54,409 nucleotides of DNA from a virus (taxonomy: Duplodnaviria > Caudoviricetes). The stretch is taken from IMG/VR virus record IMGVR_UViG_3300022407_001247, positions 1 through 54,409 of that record; one strand, written 5' to 3'. Under the pieces are notes generated by a model. The model saw nothing but the letters and a program-made list of their open reading frames with translations. It was not told where the DNA came from and made no database searches. Below are positions 10,369-19,714 of this stretch, one piece after another. Within the stretch, counting starts at the first letter, position 1. Each line of letters begins with the position of its first letter. A program made the position numbers and the translations under genes.

Positions 10369-10997
10369 ACGGAGGTCCTCGCAGCCGTGCGGTCCATGAT
10401 CTTCTGCATGTCTTCTCCATTAAACACCTGCGCCGCCCGGTCGTACGCGCCTTGCCAGGTGGGGATTCGTTCGTCGTTCTTGACGTAGGTGGTGGCTTCA
10501 AGCAGCGCGCCGTAGAGAATCAAGTTGGGCGCATACTCGGTGAGCCAGTTGGTTTGGTTCTCTTCGTCAAGCAGCCGAGGCATCTCGTAGTAGATGATCT
10601 CCACTTCCAACCCACTGGTCGGGGTGGGCGCAAACAGCCAGTGTTGGTAGTCGTAGTCTGCGTAGTACGTCGGGGTGCCGGTCAGGGTTTCATCTGGCCA
10701 GTAGTTACGCACGTACTCGTACGAGCGGGTGAAGATTGGCGTTCCGGCCACGCGCATTGACACCGTGTCTCGCCAGCGGTCCGGCTTCTGGTACACGGGC
10801 TGACCGTTCACAAAGGGGGTGTTTACAACACGAATGAAACCCTGCAGCTTGAGTTCGCGCGAAATGCGACGCTCGGCCATGTTGATGAGCCGGGGCAACT
10901 GATCGTAGACAATGGGGTCGCTCTCGGCAGTAAAACCGCGCTCCAGGTAACGGCGCAGGTCTTCTTGCAGCGAGGTGAAAGTCATTACGTATGCCAT
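10365..10997 (-). CDS. Head-tail adaptor/tail tubular protein
   Basis: ATG 10997 with GGAG RBS; 'INMAERRI', 'GTPTYY' and 'TNWLTEYAPNLILYGALLEA' adaptor motifs. Confidence 0.65.
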   Translation of the reverse strand: MAYVMTFTSLQEDLRRYLERGFTAESDPIVYDQLPRLINMAERRISRELKLQGFIRVVNTPFVNGQPVYQKPDRWRDTVSMRVAGTPIFTRSYEYVRNYWPDETLTGTPTYYADYDYQHWLFAPTPTSGLEVEIIYYEMPRLLDEENQTNWLTEYAPNLILYGALLEATTYVKNDERIPTWQGAYDRAAQVFNGEDMQKIMDRTAARTSV

Positions 10998-11048
10998 CAA
11001 TCTACTCCGAGTATGAGTAAGCTGCTGCTTCAGCACGCGTCGAGTTGA

Positions 11049-11077
11049 ATTATAACCTCTAGACGGATAAAAGCAAA
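11049..11077 (-). promoter_or_regulatory. Structural-gene promoter, TTTGCTTT...TTATAAT class
   Basis: Minus strand TTGCTT-N16-TATAAT; the same architecture occurs at 19683-19711 and 27217-27245. Confidence 0.7.
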
Positions 11078-11086
11078 CAGAAAGCG

Positions 11087-11533
11087 CTAAATCAGCCCGG
11101 CCTCGGCGTTGCGTCGGATTGTCAACCCGCGCAGAACCCGGCCCCCGGCTTTGTCCCACCTGCGTAGTTGGTCAGGCACAGCATCCCATTCGCCGGCATT
11201 GATTTTGCGCCGCAGCGTGCTGTTCTTGAGCGCGTTGCCGCCCAAGTTGTAGGCGAAGTCGATGAGTGCGGCAAGGCGGTCAGGACCATCTATACCAGGG
11301 CAGAGCTTGATAACCTGTGGCAGGTACACATGGGCTACCACCCATAGCAGTAGGGTCTCTGCTCGCTCATGTGTGATTGGGGCGTCGGTCAGCGTGACGC
11401 GCCTGCCGTCCTCGTAGTAAGTGCTGCCGTAGCCGATGGTCGGCACCCCAGCCGGGCACATGTACGGCCGAGGGTAGAAACCCTCAAACCGGCGCATCAG
11501 CGCCAGTGCCACCGGCAGGGCTTGCTCAATCAT
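11087..11533 (-). CDS. Endolysin, GH24 phage lysozyme
   Basis: 'FEGFYPRPYMCPAGVPTIGYG' gives the E-x8-C-x5-T catalytic pattern; also 'FAYNLG' and 'GLTIRRNAE'. Confidence 0.92.
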   Translation of the reverse strand: MIEQALPVALALMRRFEGFYPRPYMCPAGVPTIGYGSTYYEDGRRVTLTDAPITHERAETLLLWVVAHVYLPQVIKLCPGIDGPDRLAALIDFAYNLGGNALKNSTLRRKINAGEWDAVPDQLRRWDKAGGRVLRGLTIRRNAEAGLI

Positions 11534-11994
11534 TTGCCACGCTTCATCAAGTTGCGGTCAGCAAGGTAAATGCCCAGTGCTGCACCCGTGATTGCTAGGG
11601 TGTTCTCGCTCAGCACCATAAGACCAAACTCGCCGGCAGTCATCATCAACACCGCCCACGTTGCAACCGCTGGGCGGATTGTGGCGTTCCAGGCATCCAC
11701 CCAGGCGATGCCCACGGTCTTGGTAGTGCCTTTGACTGCCTCTAGCCATCCTTGAGTCTCCAGCTCGCTTATGGCAGCCTCAGCCTGTACTTGGATAGTC
11801 TTGACGCCCAGCGCCGCCTGCACCTTCAGCGACTCCAGCTGCCGTTCGTGCTGACCCCGGTCCAGCTCAGCCTGCAGGTGCATGCGGTCAATCTCATGCT
11901 TGTGATCTTGAGCCTTAGTTAGCCACGCGCTTACTTCGCCCCACAGCATGCGGAACACTGAACCACCGAGGAAGGAAACAAGTGCTGAGATCAT
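11530..11994 (-). CDS. Putative holin-like membrane protein
   Basis: Likely start ATG 11994 (ATGA overlap). Hydrophobic N-terminus and C-terminal TM segments after 'IRP'; adjacent to the endolysin. Confidence 0.55.
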   Translation of the reverse strand: MISALVSFLGGSVFRMLWGEVSAWLTKAQDHKHEIDRMHLQAELDRGQHERQLESLKVQAALGVKTIQVQAEAAISELETQGWLEAVKGTTKTVGIAWVDAWNATIRPAVATWAVLMMTAGEFGLMVLSENTLAITGAALGIYLADRNLMKRGK

Positions 11995-12251
11995 TTTTTC
12001 CAAAACTGAATAAGTGAATAGACAATGGCCGCCGCAGCCCAGACACCGACCCCGCGATTGACCCATTGGTCGATCTTGCGGTCAGTACGATGCAACCTAT
12101 CGTCGTGAACGCTGAGTTGTGCTTCAACAGCGCCTATGCGTTGCCCTTGGTTGACCTGCCTTTCCTCGAAGAGGATCAGCTTGCCAACGGCATCGGTTAG
12201 CTTGTCAACCTTGCTTTCAAGGCGTCGGAAGTCGTCGTCAGTCATATCCAT
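11991..12251 (-). CDS. Lysis-region coiled-coil protein with C-terminal TM segment
   Basis: Coiled coil followed by GVGVWAAAAIVYSLIQFW. Confidence 0.65.
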   Translation of the reverse strand: MDMTDDDFRRLESKVDKLTDAVGKLILFEERQVNQGQRIGAVEAQLSVHDDRLHRTDRKIDQWVNRGVGVWAAAAIVYSLIQFWKK

Positions 12252-12307
12252 TCCTTAGTAGCTAGGGTCGGGGCGAAGCCTTTGAGTAGGTTGAGCAGTT
12301 GTTCCAT
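12242..12307 (-). pseudogene. Probable truncated remnant of a 3TM-holin-like gene (MEQLLNLLKGFAPTLATKEWI*)
   Basis: GGAG RBS and ATG lie inside the duplicated 31-bp element. The peptide resembles the N-terminus of GTA-type 3TM holins as I recall them, then stops after 21 aa. Confidence 0.45.
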
Positions 12308-12335
12308 GTCATTTCTCCGTGGCGGTGTGGGTCAT
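12305..12335. repeat. 31-bp direct repeat, copy 1
   Basis: catgtcatttctccgtggcggtgtgggtcat; 30/31 identical to 13805..13835. Confidence 0.9.
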
Positions 12336-12340
12336 GTTAT

Positions 12341-13807
12341 TCAGCCGTTTACATCCGTTGACTGAAAAAGTATTGCCACAGTTGTTGTTGCCTTGATTGC
12401 ATTTGGACTGCTATTTGTAAATGCAAAAGAAAGAGTGTCCCCTTTGGCTAGCACCCAACGCGCATTTATAGGCGTTCCTGCGGATGGATCAGTGTCTAAA
12501 TATTCCGCTGTTGTTCCTTCCCCAACAGAAAATTCAACCCTGTTTCCTGTGCTGACCACCCCGTTTTTTGCTGCGTAAGAAAAAAAGCTACCAGACGTGG
12601 CAACATTTGCATCTAGCTTTGATGTAACGCGCACTACAACACAAGGACATGGGGCAATCCACTGATCTCTTATGTCATTGGTCGCCCCTGAAGCCACAGC
12701 GGTTGCCTGGGTGTAGTGCGAATGAGTGATAATTGCTGCACCAAGATTTGTATTTGGGCGTAGCCACTCAACAGTATTTCTGTTTGTTGTTGAGTTATTC
12801 AGCATTCTTGCGGTTACTACATTTTGCGTGTGGTATTTAATTTGATTAAAAGCCGCATTAGTAGCTAAATACAAAGTGTATTGCGTGTCTGCGCGAGTGC
12901 CAACTTCCTCATCCAAAATGATTCGGTTATACAAACCTCGAACGTCACCGACATAAATTGTCGTTCCAAGTCCAGTTTGGGTTACAAACGTATCTGCGCG
13001 AATATCTATCTCGTTTTCACTTGCGCCTTCTTCAACAATAATTGCAGACCGGACACAAGAAAAAGCCCACCCAGAAATTCGATTGGCATTAGATTGTGGA
13101 TCGGCAAGTTGTTCTGCGGCTGTGCCTTGCGTGTAAAGCCTAAATGCTGAGTAGCAGTTAATGCCAACGCAATCCGTAATTGCGTTTTGATACGCCCCTG
13201 CATTTGAGGTTGTTACCAAACGCTCAGAACTTATTTCAAAACCATATTGTTGACGAGATCCATTGGTGGCCTCGTTCATTTCAGCAACGCAATTTTTAAT
13301 CCATGAATTTCGCACAAGTCCATTCATGCGGATTCCACACAATCCTGATGCTGTTGACGCTGTAGAAACGTAAACATCTTGCACCCCGGCTGGCCGTATC
13401 AATGTTGATGTGCCAGTTCCAATCGACACAATTGCTGCATTGGCGGTTGACCCTGTATAAATTAGCTTTCCGTTTTGCAGAATAACATTCTGTTTGACTT
13501 GCACTGTTGAGGCAACGGCATAAACGTCCCCACAAAGGTCAACAAAACAAAGACCGCCAAGCGTTACTGCGTAGTCAATAGCAGCTTGAATCGCAGCCGT
13601 GTCGTCAGCAACCCCGTCGCCTACGGCTCCAAAGTCCTTGACACTCACACTCTCACGCAACTTGGCCTGAACCGTAGTTGCCACAGCGCCTGTACCGGCT
13701 GGCAGGTAGTACCCAGTCTGGGGGGAGATGGTTAGGTTTGCTGCGGTGTCGTCTGGTACCAGATTGACCGAGCCGCCCGAGGTTGTGTTCAGCTTCAATG
13801 TTGACAT
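12341..13807 (-). CDS. Tailspike/receptor-binding protein 3 (pectate-lyase-like beta-helix)
   Basis: 'PAGTGAVATTVQAKLRESVSVKDFGAVGDGVADDTAAIQAAID' neck followed by a beta-helix start. Confidence 0.8.
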   Translation of the reverse strand: MSTLKLNTTSGGSVNLVPDDTAANLTISPQTGYYLPAGTGAVATTVQAKLRESVSVKDFGAVGDGVADDTAAIQAAIDYAVTLGGLCFVDLCGDVYAVASTVQVKQNVILQNGKLIYTGSTANAAIVSIGTGTSTLIRPAGVQDVYVSTASTASGLCGIRMNGLVRNSWIKNCVAEMNEATNGSRQQYGFEISSERLVTTSNAGAYQNAITDCVGINCYSAFRLYTQGTAAEQLADPQSNANRISGWAFSCVRSAIIVEEGASENEIDIRADTFVTQTGLGTTIYVGDVRGLYNRIILDEEVGTRADTQYTLYLATNAAFNQIKYHTQNVVTARMLNNSTTNRNTVEWLRPNTNLGAAIITHSHYTQATAVASGATNDIRDQWIAPCPCVVVRVTSKLDANVATSGSFFSYAAKNGVVSTGNRVEFSVGEGTTAEYLDTDPSAGTPINARWVLAKGDTLSFAFTNSSPNAIKATTTVAILFQSTDVNG

Positions 13808-13835
13808 GTCATTTCTCCGTGGCGGTGTGAGTCAT
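13805..13835. repeat. 31-bp direct repeat, copy 2
   Basis: catgtcatttctccgtggcggtgtgagtcat; contains the RBS and ATG of tailspike 3. Confidence 0.9.
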
Positions 13836-15937
13836 AGCGCAGTATTTGTTGCAGAACCAGTAACGCCGATAGTCGCGCCGCCTGTCCCGTTGTTCACGAT
13901 GGTGTTGCCGATGGTTTCAATAACGCCTTGTACTGTTTGACGAATCAATACGCCAGTGGAGTTACCCTCCACCCGGTTCATGGTCACTTTTGAAAGCGTG
14001 TTCAATGTCGCACTGTTGTTCGATGCAATATCAATCCCCGCCGCATTGACTGCCGATGGCTGGATGATGTAGTTGCCGTGTATTTGCACTAGGGCTTTTA
14101 CTCCATACCCAGTGTTGTCACACAAAATTCCGTTCAGCGTGTTGCTCGCTGGAAGCATGATCGTGTTGTCTCTGACAAATGTTCGCTCACAGTCTTCAAT
14201 CAACACAGCACCGATGTTGTCGCAGTCTTTTATTCTTGCAACCAAAAAGTTATACGCATTTACAAAGCGAAGTGATGCCGCCCCTGCCCCTGTAGCAGCA
14301 ATAAGCGCATCGTCGGAAACGGTCAGAGTTCCGACATTGCTGTTGCCGTTTAACACGTAAATAGTCACATAGCTCACTGTGGTGTCAACATCCCATTTAT
14401 TGCGTGCTATGTCGTTCTTGCCGCCGAGGGTCAGCACAACACCACGACACGACGCAACGGCCCCGTTAAATTCCCAATAGTTATCTAACAACTCCAAACC
14501 AATCAAATTGTTGGTTGCACGCATCCCATATTGGTCTGCCAAAGGTGTAACGATCTTGTTGTCATTAAACTTAACATCAGTAGATGATGCAGCCCAATTG
14601 CAATAAATCGTAGTCAGGTTTTGCCCTGATGTAGTCCCCTCGAAATAGTTGTGATGAACAGAGGCTTCGTGAATATTAGAATCAAAGTAAAACGGTGAAC
14701 CAGACACTGTTACCTTGTTTTCATAGATAGACGTTCCGCGAGCTTTAACCAGCTTGATACCGTGACCAGTACCGCGCACGGTGTTATCCGACACTTTGAC
14801 ATTCATTCGATAGCTATTTGTCCATGCAACGGTTGCGCTGGTAGAGTCTCCAGATATTTCTATTCCCGTATCAAACGTGCCATAAACCTCGTTGTCAGTA
14901 ACCACGCCTTCAATATAAGACCGCGCTGTTCCATCAAAATCATACGGCCCAAAATCGTTCGAGTAGATATAGATTGGACGCATCGCTGCGCCGTTCATGT
15001 TTATCAATTTATTGCCTGTAAACGTGAACCGATTGGCTCCGGTAAGGCTTAAACAGGTGTTTGGATCGGTTGACGAATAACCGTCCACAGCGTTATCAAC
15101 CACCCAAACATCAAGGGGTGAATACTTGGTACTGGTGTCGCTTGATCCGTCGTAAAAATAGATATTCAACAAGTAGCCGATGTGGACAGTAATGCCATTG
15201 TTTACAAGATCATTGGCAACAAATCGCAACTTCTCTCCAGCCTGCACCAATAATGCCCTATCCTGCCCACCACTAAATTTATTATGGTGGATGTTTAGAT
15301 CATCAAAGTGCTGGCCGCCAATACTGGCGAAGTAGGAGCCAAACCCTGCTGCAAGCGCAGGGAAAGACGAATCATCGGTTGTAAATTCAAACCCTGTTAT
15401 CTCTACGGCAACAGCACCGCGCTTAATAAAAAACGCGCTACTCATTTTGTATTGCCCTGCACCACCCACAGTGACGGAGTTCACACTGTCATGGTTTTGC
15501 ACAATCTTGCAGCCGTTACCGTTGAGCTTAATGCCGCCCGTTGTGATAAATACCATCTTCAAATCGACGATTGCTCCAGGCGGGAAAAGCAATTCAACAG
15601 GCGCATCTCTGCCTAGTGTTTCAATATAAGTGACTGCCGCCTGAACCGCTGCCGTGCTGTCAGTAGCACCTGTTGGATCAAAGCCAGTGAAATCCTTAAC
15701 ACTCACACTTTCCCGCAACTTGGTCTGCACAGTCGTCGCCACGGCACCTGTACCGGCTGGGACATACTGCGCACCGCCGCCAGCGTTCATAATGCGGCTG
15801 ATCTCGGTCAGGGTGCCGTCGTACACGCCTTTGTTGATGACCAGATCGCCCGTGGAGACGTCAGCGGTCAGGACGATGTTCTTGCTGTCGGTGGCGTTGT
15901 TGCCTACCTGATGCTGGACGGCTTTTACTGTTGACAT
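13832..15937 (-). CDS. Tailspike/receptor-binding protein 2 (right-handed beta-helix depolymerase-like)
   Basis: Same neck motif, 'DPTGATDSTAAVQAA', and Asn-ladder beta-helix repeats. Confidence 0.8.
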   Translation of the reverse strand: MSTVKAVQHQVGNNATDSKNIVLTADVSTGDLVINKGVYDGTLTEISRIMNAGGGAQYVPAGTGAVATTVQTKLRESVSVKDFTGFDPTGATDSTAAVQAAVTYIETLGRDAPVELLFPPGAIVDLKMVFITTGGIKLNGNGCKIVQNHDSVNSVTVGGAGQYKMSSAFFIKRGAVAVEITGFEFTTDDSSFPALAAGFGSYFASIGGQHFDDLNIHHNKFSGGQDRALLVQAGEKLRFVANDLVNNGITVHIGYLLNIYFYDGSSDTSTKYSPLDVWVVDNAVDGYSSTDPNTCLSLTGANRFTFTGNKLINMNGAAMRPIYIYSNDFGPYDFDGTARSYIEGVVTDNEVYGTFDTGIEISGDSTSATVAWTNSYRMNVKVSDNTVRGTGHGIKLVKARGTSIYENKVTVSGSPFYFDSNIHEASVHHNYFEGTTSGQNLTTIYCNWAASSTDVKFNDNKIVTPLADQYGMRATNNLIGLELLDNYWEFNGAVASCRGVVLTLGGKNDIARNKWDVDTTVSYVTIYVLNGNSNVGTLTVSDDALIAATGAGAASLRFVNAYNFLVARIKDCDNIGAVLIEDCERTFVRDNTIMLPASNTLNGILCDNTGYGVKALVQIHGNYIIQPSAVNAAGIDIASNNSATLNTLSKVTMNRVEGNSTGVLIRQTVQGVIETIGNTIVNNGTGGATIGVTGSATNTAL

Positions 15938-15946
15938 GTGGGTTCC

Positions 15947-16210
15947 TTAAAGGGTCTCTGCGGCTCTAGCTTCGACTTCGTATGGGTTGTTGCGGTAGCC
16001 GTATCGTATCAGCCAGTAGCCGTATTTGATAGCATAGACCAGCTTCCCATCACGCCTCATCTGCTCAAGATGCTTGCGCTCGTGCCGGATCAGGCCTTGG
16101 TGCATCTCGTAGCCGGGGGCAAGGTAGATGCTGCCCCAGAAGCTCGTCCAGCCGTGGAAGCCGCAGAAGCGCATATACGCGAGGATTAGGCCGGTGGCGG
16201 TGTGGATCAT
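15947..16210 (-). CDS. Small HExxH zincin-like protein (DUF4157-like)
   Basis: 'LIRHERKHLEQ' and 'NPYEVEAR' motifs; ATG 16210 directly follows the upstream stop. Confidence 0.6.
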   Translation of the reverse strand: MIHTATGLILAYMRFCGFHGWTSFWGSIYLAPGYEMHQGLIRHERKHLEQMRRDGKLVYAIKYGYWLIRYGYRNNPYEVEARAAETL

Positions 16211-16211
16211 G

Positions 16212-17627
16212 TTATTTAATAGACCGAGACAACTCAATCCAACGGTCTGAAGTGCTTGTAGGAACTTTTAACATGGTGATGACTGACCATGCCGTAGGAG
16301 TAACGTTCACCGAACCAGCCATTAAAAGTGAGGCGCTGCTCACCATTGTTGTGTTTGCGTTCTGGAATACCAACTGCACTATCTGTCCGTCCGAACCACT
16401 ATTCAATGCCGTGATGTTTTGGGCACTGCCGTTATTGATAAGTAACGTCCCGATACCCGCAACACTTGGAGTTGCACCTGTTGCCGCATTAGTTGTAAAA
16501 GTAGATGCAAACTCTCTAGCAGTAAAGCCCCCTGCATCAGAGAAAATTCCAACATCACTACTTGCCGTGCTGTTCATTACTCTAAGGCCAACACCAGCTT
16601 CCGCCCTCAAAAACGGCATATCTGTTTCAACACCAGCACCGTCTGTCGGTGTGAGCCTAAACTGCGCTATTTTTGTAAGACCTGTAGATATTCCGTTGAA
16701 TCGGTAGCTTCCAGATGGGTCAACTGTGGAAACTTTATGTGACCAAGTTGCATTACCGGTTGTCCCGGCCCCGATAATCCAACGGCCATACTCGTCGCAT
16801 TGAAACAATGTTCTATCTGCTGAATCAATCCAAGTCCAGCTTACGCCACCATCTGACACCGTTCCGGTTGTGTGTGTTGGTGGAGTAGCGCCGGTTGTAC
16901 CCGCACCTGTAGAAACATATTGCTGTGACGTTGGGCCTTCGCGGTATACGCCAGCACCAGAAATAACTTGTCCCGTTGCCCACACTTCATATTCGCCAGC
17001 AATTGACACCCACGGAGCCAATGAGCGAATCTGCCATTTCCAGAAAGTAGCGCCGGTTTCTTTTGTAAACTGCTGAATAGCAGCGGCTCTAAAACCACGG
17101 TTAGTTAACCCACCGAGTTGGTATTGACCCGCAGCCCATAACCACGATGCTTTGCGTTCTGTTGCTGATGTTGTGCCTGAAGTGCCAAAGTTATTGGTGG
17201 TCAAAATGGCGTGATGACCACTATCAATCGCCCAATGTGTATCCGATGCGGCAACGTCCGAGGTAATAATACCAACGTGTTTGGTTGTTTGGCCGGGAGA
17301 TGTAAAGTCGTTGATTTGAGATAAGTCAAAACACACCACCCCAGAAGGTAAAGTCGCCAGCAAAGTTTTACGATTAAAAAGTACGTTTGACGGGATTGTT
17401 ACTACTTTTGCACCACTGTTGGCAGCGGTAATAATTTGAGCCGTGCAATCCGTTACACCATCTGCAACGCCACCAAAATCCAGCACACTCACACTCTCGC
17501 GCAACTTAGCCTGCACAGTCGTAGCCACGGCTCCGGTGCCTGCGGGGGTGTAGCCCATCTCGTTGCTTTGGAACAGGGCTGGGTCCAGTCCTGTGATGTC
17601 GCCGTTGCCGCTTAGTATGAGAGCCAT
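16212..17627 (-). CDS. Tailspike/tail fibre protein 1
   Basis: Same neck motif; 'GTTGATPPTHTTGTVSDGGVSWTW' carbohydrate-binding-like motif. Confidence 0.75.
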   Translation of the reverse strand: MALILSGNGDITGLDPALFQSNEMGYTPAGTGAVATTVQAKLRESVSVLDFGGVADGVTDCTAQIITAANSGAKVVTIPSNVLFNRKTLLATLPSGVVCFDLSQINDFTSPGQTTKHVGIITSDVAASDTHWAIDSGHHAILTTNNFGTSGTTSATERKASWLWAAGQYQLGGLTNRGFRAAAIQQFTKETGATFWKWQIRSLAPWVSIAGEYEVWATGQVISGAGVYREGPTSQQYVSTGAGTTGATPPTHTTGTVSDGGVSWTWIDSADRTLFQCDEYGRWIIGAGTTGNATWSHKVSTVDPSGSYRFNGISTGLTKIAQFRLTPTDGAGVETDMPFLRAEAGVGLRVMNSTASSDVGIFSDAGGFTAREFASTFTTNAATGATPSVAGIGTLLINNGSAQNITALNSGSDGQIVQLVFQNANTTMVSSASLLMAGSVNVTPTAWSVITMLKVPTSTSDRWIELSRSIK

Positions 17628-17636
17628 AATTTATCC

Positions 17637-17966
17637 TTAGACGATTGTCCAGACCGAGCCCGAAGGCACGGTAACCACCACACCCGAATCAACCGTAATC
17701 GGCCCAGCAGACATGGCGTTCTTGCCTGTGCCTATCGTATAGCTGACGGTGACGTTGGTGTCGTTCTCGTAGAACACCTGGTTAGCCCCGCCGCCCGCAG
17801 CACCCCCTCCAATCGGCACCACGAGGCCGCTGGAGTTCTTGGTGAACATCTTGCGGTCGGTCGTGTTTATGCCGAGCTCGCCCTCCACCAAGTTGCCCGC
17901 CGAGGGCTGGCTGCCCGAAGTGCTGCTGTGGTATATTTGGATGGTTGTATAGCCGACTTGTGCCAT
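17637..17966 (-). CDS. Tail-fibre adaptor-type structural protein
   Basis: 'LVEGELGINTTDRKMF' (Mtd-N-like) and 'FYEND..NAMSAGPITV..GSVWTIV' motifs. Confidence 0.6.
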   Translation of the reverse strand: MAQVGYTTIQIYHSSTSGSQPSAGNLVEGELGINTTDRKMFTKNSSGLVVPIGGGAAGGGANQVFYENDTNVTVSYTIGTGKNAMSAGPITVDSGVVVTVPSGSVWTIV

Positions 17967-17970
17967 GGTC

Positions 17971-18315
17971 TTACCTCAGGTTGTCTAGCTTGTATAACGT
18001 AGTCAGATACAAGGCACACATTTCATCCACCAAGTTCTCAAGCGCAGGAATGTCTTTGGCGATCTTGCTTCTGTTCTCGCACAACCACAACATCTCATTA
18101 CGGATCAGCTCGGTAGCGTCTTTGCTCTCACCAGGCACTTTACCGACCACACCAAAGAGCCCCTGGTGCGCTTCGACGTACTTGTCAACTGCATCTATGA
18201 CCCCGTCGTAAAACTCACCCAGGGCGCGATGTTGCTCGCCGTTTTTGGTTTTCCAATGCTCGATGTGGGCCGCGTTGCGGGCTTCAAAGGCGCGGGTAAT
18301 CATCTTTTCAATCAT
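17971..18315 (-). CDS. Ferritin/Dps-like four-helix protein (DUF5856-like)
   Basis: 'AHIEHW', 'HRALGEFYD', 'DKYVE' and 'TLYKL' pattern. Confidence 0.65.
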   Translation of the reverse strand: MIEKMITRAFEARNAAHIEHWKTKNGEQHRALGEFYDGVIDAVDKYVEAHQGLFGVVGKVPGESKDATELIRNEMLWLCENRSKIAKDIPALENLVDEMCALYLTTLYKLDNLR

Positions 18316-18324
18316 AGCTGCGCC

Positions 18325-18624
18325 TCAGTCAAACACATATAAAAAGCGCTGCCCGTCAGGGCTCACCGACAACGCGGCCGGTAGCGCTGCGGCATCATGC
18401 GTGGCGATGTCGGTGTCGGGGCGCACAAAGGGTAGCACGATCTTGTCCGGCGCGCGGGGCGCCAGCCGGTAAGGGTCGTACTGGTCTGAGTCTTCCCGGC
18501 AGACCATCAGGTTCGGGTAATTCGGGTCCGGGCTCAGCTCATCAAGGCGAAATTTGCGCGAACACCGGGCGCACAGCGCAATACCGTAAGACGCACCGCC
18601 CGAGGGGTCGAGAAACGTACTCAT
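18325..18624 (-). CDS. Hypothetical Cys-containing protein
   Basis: CARC...VC motif and 'RPD'; ATGA overlap with the upstream gene. Confidence 0.7.
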   Translation of the reverse strand: MSTFLDPSGGASYGIALCARCSRKFRLDELSPDPNYPNLMVCREDSDQYDPYRLAPRAPDKIVLPFVRPDTDIATHDAAALPAALSVSPDGQRFLYVFD

Positions 18625-19622
18625 CGCGTGTAGACAGAAATATAGGGCTGTATGAACGTGGGCGAGCCGTCGTTGTCGCCGTCCCGGGCAGACTGCATCG
18701 CCTGCGCAGCTTTCTGGTCCAGCAGCGGGACTAGGTTGATGTCCACGTTGGGGGTCTCAAGCGCAACCTTAGCGGCGAGCCCGGCCACAACAGCCTCCAT
18801 CCAGCGCTGGGGCACTTCAATCTCTTGAGCCAACGTGCCTACGTCCATGATGTGGCGGTGGCGCCAGACAATCAGCTGGCCGTGCTCGGCGGCCACATTA
18901 GGCGCAGGCCACAGCCGCAGAATGGGGTTAATCTGCTGGCGCTGGAAGTAGTAGCTCACCGGCCGACCCGGGAACACTTGGTTGCTCTGCGCGGTGTAGG
19001 TGTCACGGTTGAGCTGGCCGAGGGGGATTTCCTGCGGCATGTTGCCGAGGTAGATCTCACTGGCGGAAAACGCTACCGTAGAGGTAACGCGGAAGCCTGT
19101 ATGAGGTAACCCCACAGCAATGTTGCCCCAAGTCCACTGACCAGCGCTCGGGCTGGTGTCCAGGGTCAGGCTACCCACGTTAGTCCAGGTCACCCCGGCG
19201 TCGTTGGAGACCTCAAAGTTCAAACCGACTTGCCCCAGCCCGACAGACAGCCATTTTATGCCGACCGAGTTGACGGTAGTGGCGCTGCTGAAGAACGCTG
19301 TGTACTGGGTGGCCGTCGTAGTTGAAGCAGCGGGTTCGAGCTGCTGCAGCGTGAGGTAGTTGACGTTGAGCACCTCAACCGTGCCGGTGTCCAGGGTGAC
19401 CACCGGCTGGTTCTGGTACATGGGGTACACCTGTCGCTCAATACACCACGAAGGCGGGCGAGGGTTGGCTAGCTCTGACAGCAGAAGGTACAGCAGGTCC
19501 TGCGCGTACACCTGCATTTCAGGGGTAATGTTTTCTGCAGCAAGGCGGCACCGCCGGAAAGCATGGTCTACGACCTTGACTGTCTGGAAAGTGGTTGTGC
19601 TGATGGTTCCGGAAGTAGCCAT
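18621..19622 (-). CDS. Putative head-tail connector/tail tubular protein
   Basis: 'MATSGT', 'GRPVSYYFQRQ..LWPAP' and 'VPQRWMEAVVAGLA' adaptor-like motifs. Confidence 0.6.
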   Translation of the reverse strand: MATSGTISTTTFQTVKVVDHAFRRCRLAAENITPEMQVYAQDLLYLLLSELANPRPPSWCIERQVYPMYQNQPVVTLDTGTVEVLNVNYLTLQQLEPAASTTTATQYTAFFSSATTVNSVGIKWLSVGLGQVGLNFEVSNDAGVTWTNVGSLTLDTSPSAGQWTWGNIAVGLPHTGFRVTSTVAFSASEIYLGNMPQEIPLGQLNRDTYTAQSNQVFPGRPVSYYFQRQQINPILRLWPAPNVAAEHGQLIVWRHRHIMDVGTLAQEIEVPQRWMEAVVAGLAAKVALETPNVDINLVPLLDQKAAQAMQSARDGDNDGSPTFIQPYISVYTR

Positions 19623-19682
19623 TCTAACCCATAGTTGGTTGTGTCAGAACGGCAGCTGTCACAGCTCGCCCGCGATGCGGTA

Positions 19683-19711
19683 ATTATAACCCGAATAGCC
19701 GGGAAAGCAAA
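19683..19711 (-). promoter_or_regulatory. Structural-gene promoter, TTTGCTTT...TTATAAT class
   Basis: Minus strand TTGCTT-N16-TATAAT in the intergenic gap. Confidence 0.7.
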
Positions 19712-19714
19712 GCG

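Noticed and set aside
13631-17546. Diversity-generating retroelement or invertible tail-fibre shufflon
   Set aside because: No reverse transcriptase or invertase; the repeats are co-oriented and differ mainly at synonymous positions, not specifically at adenines.
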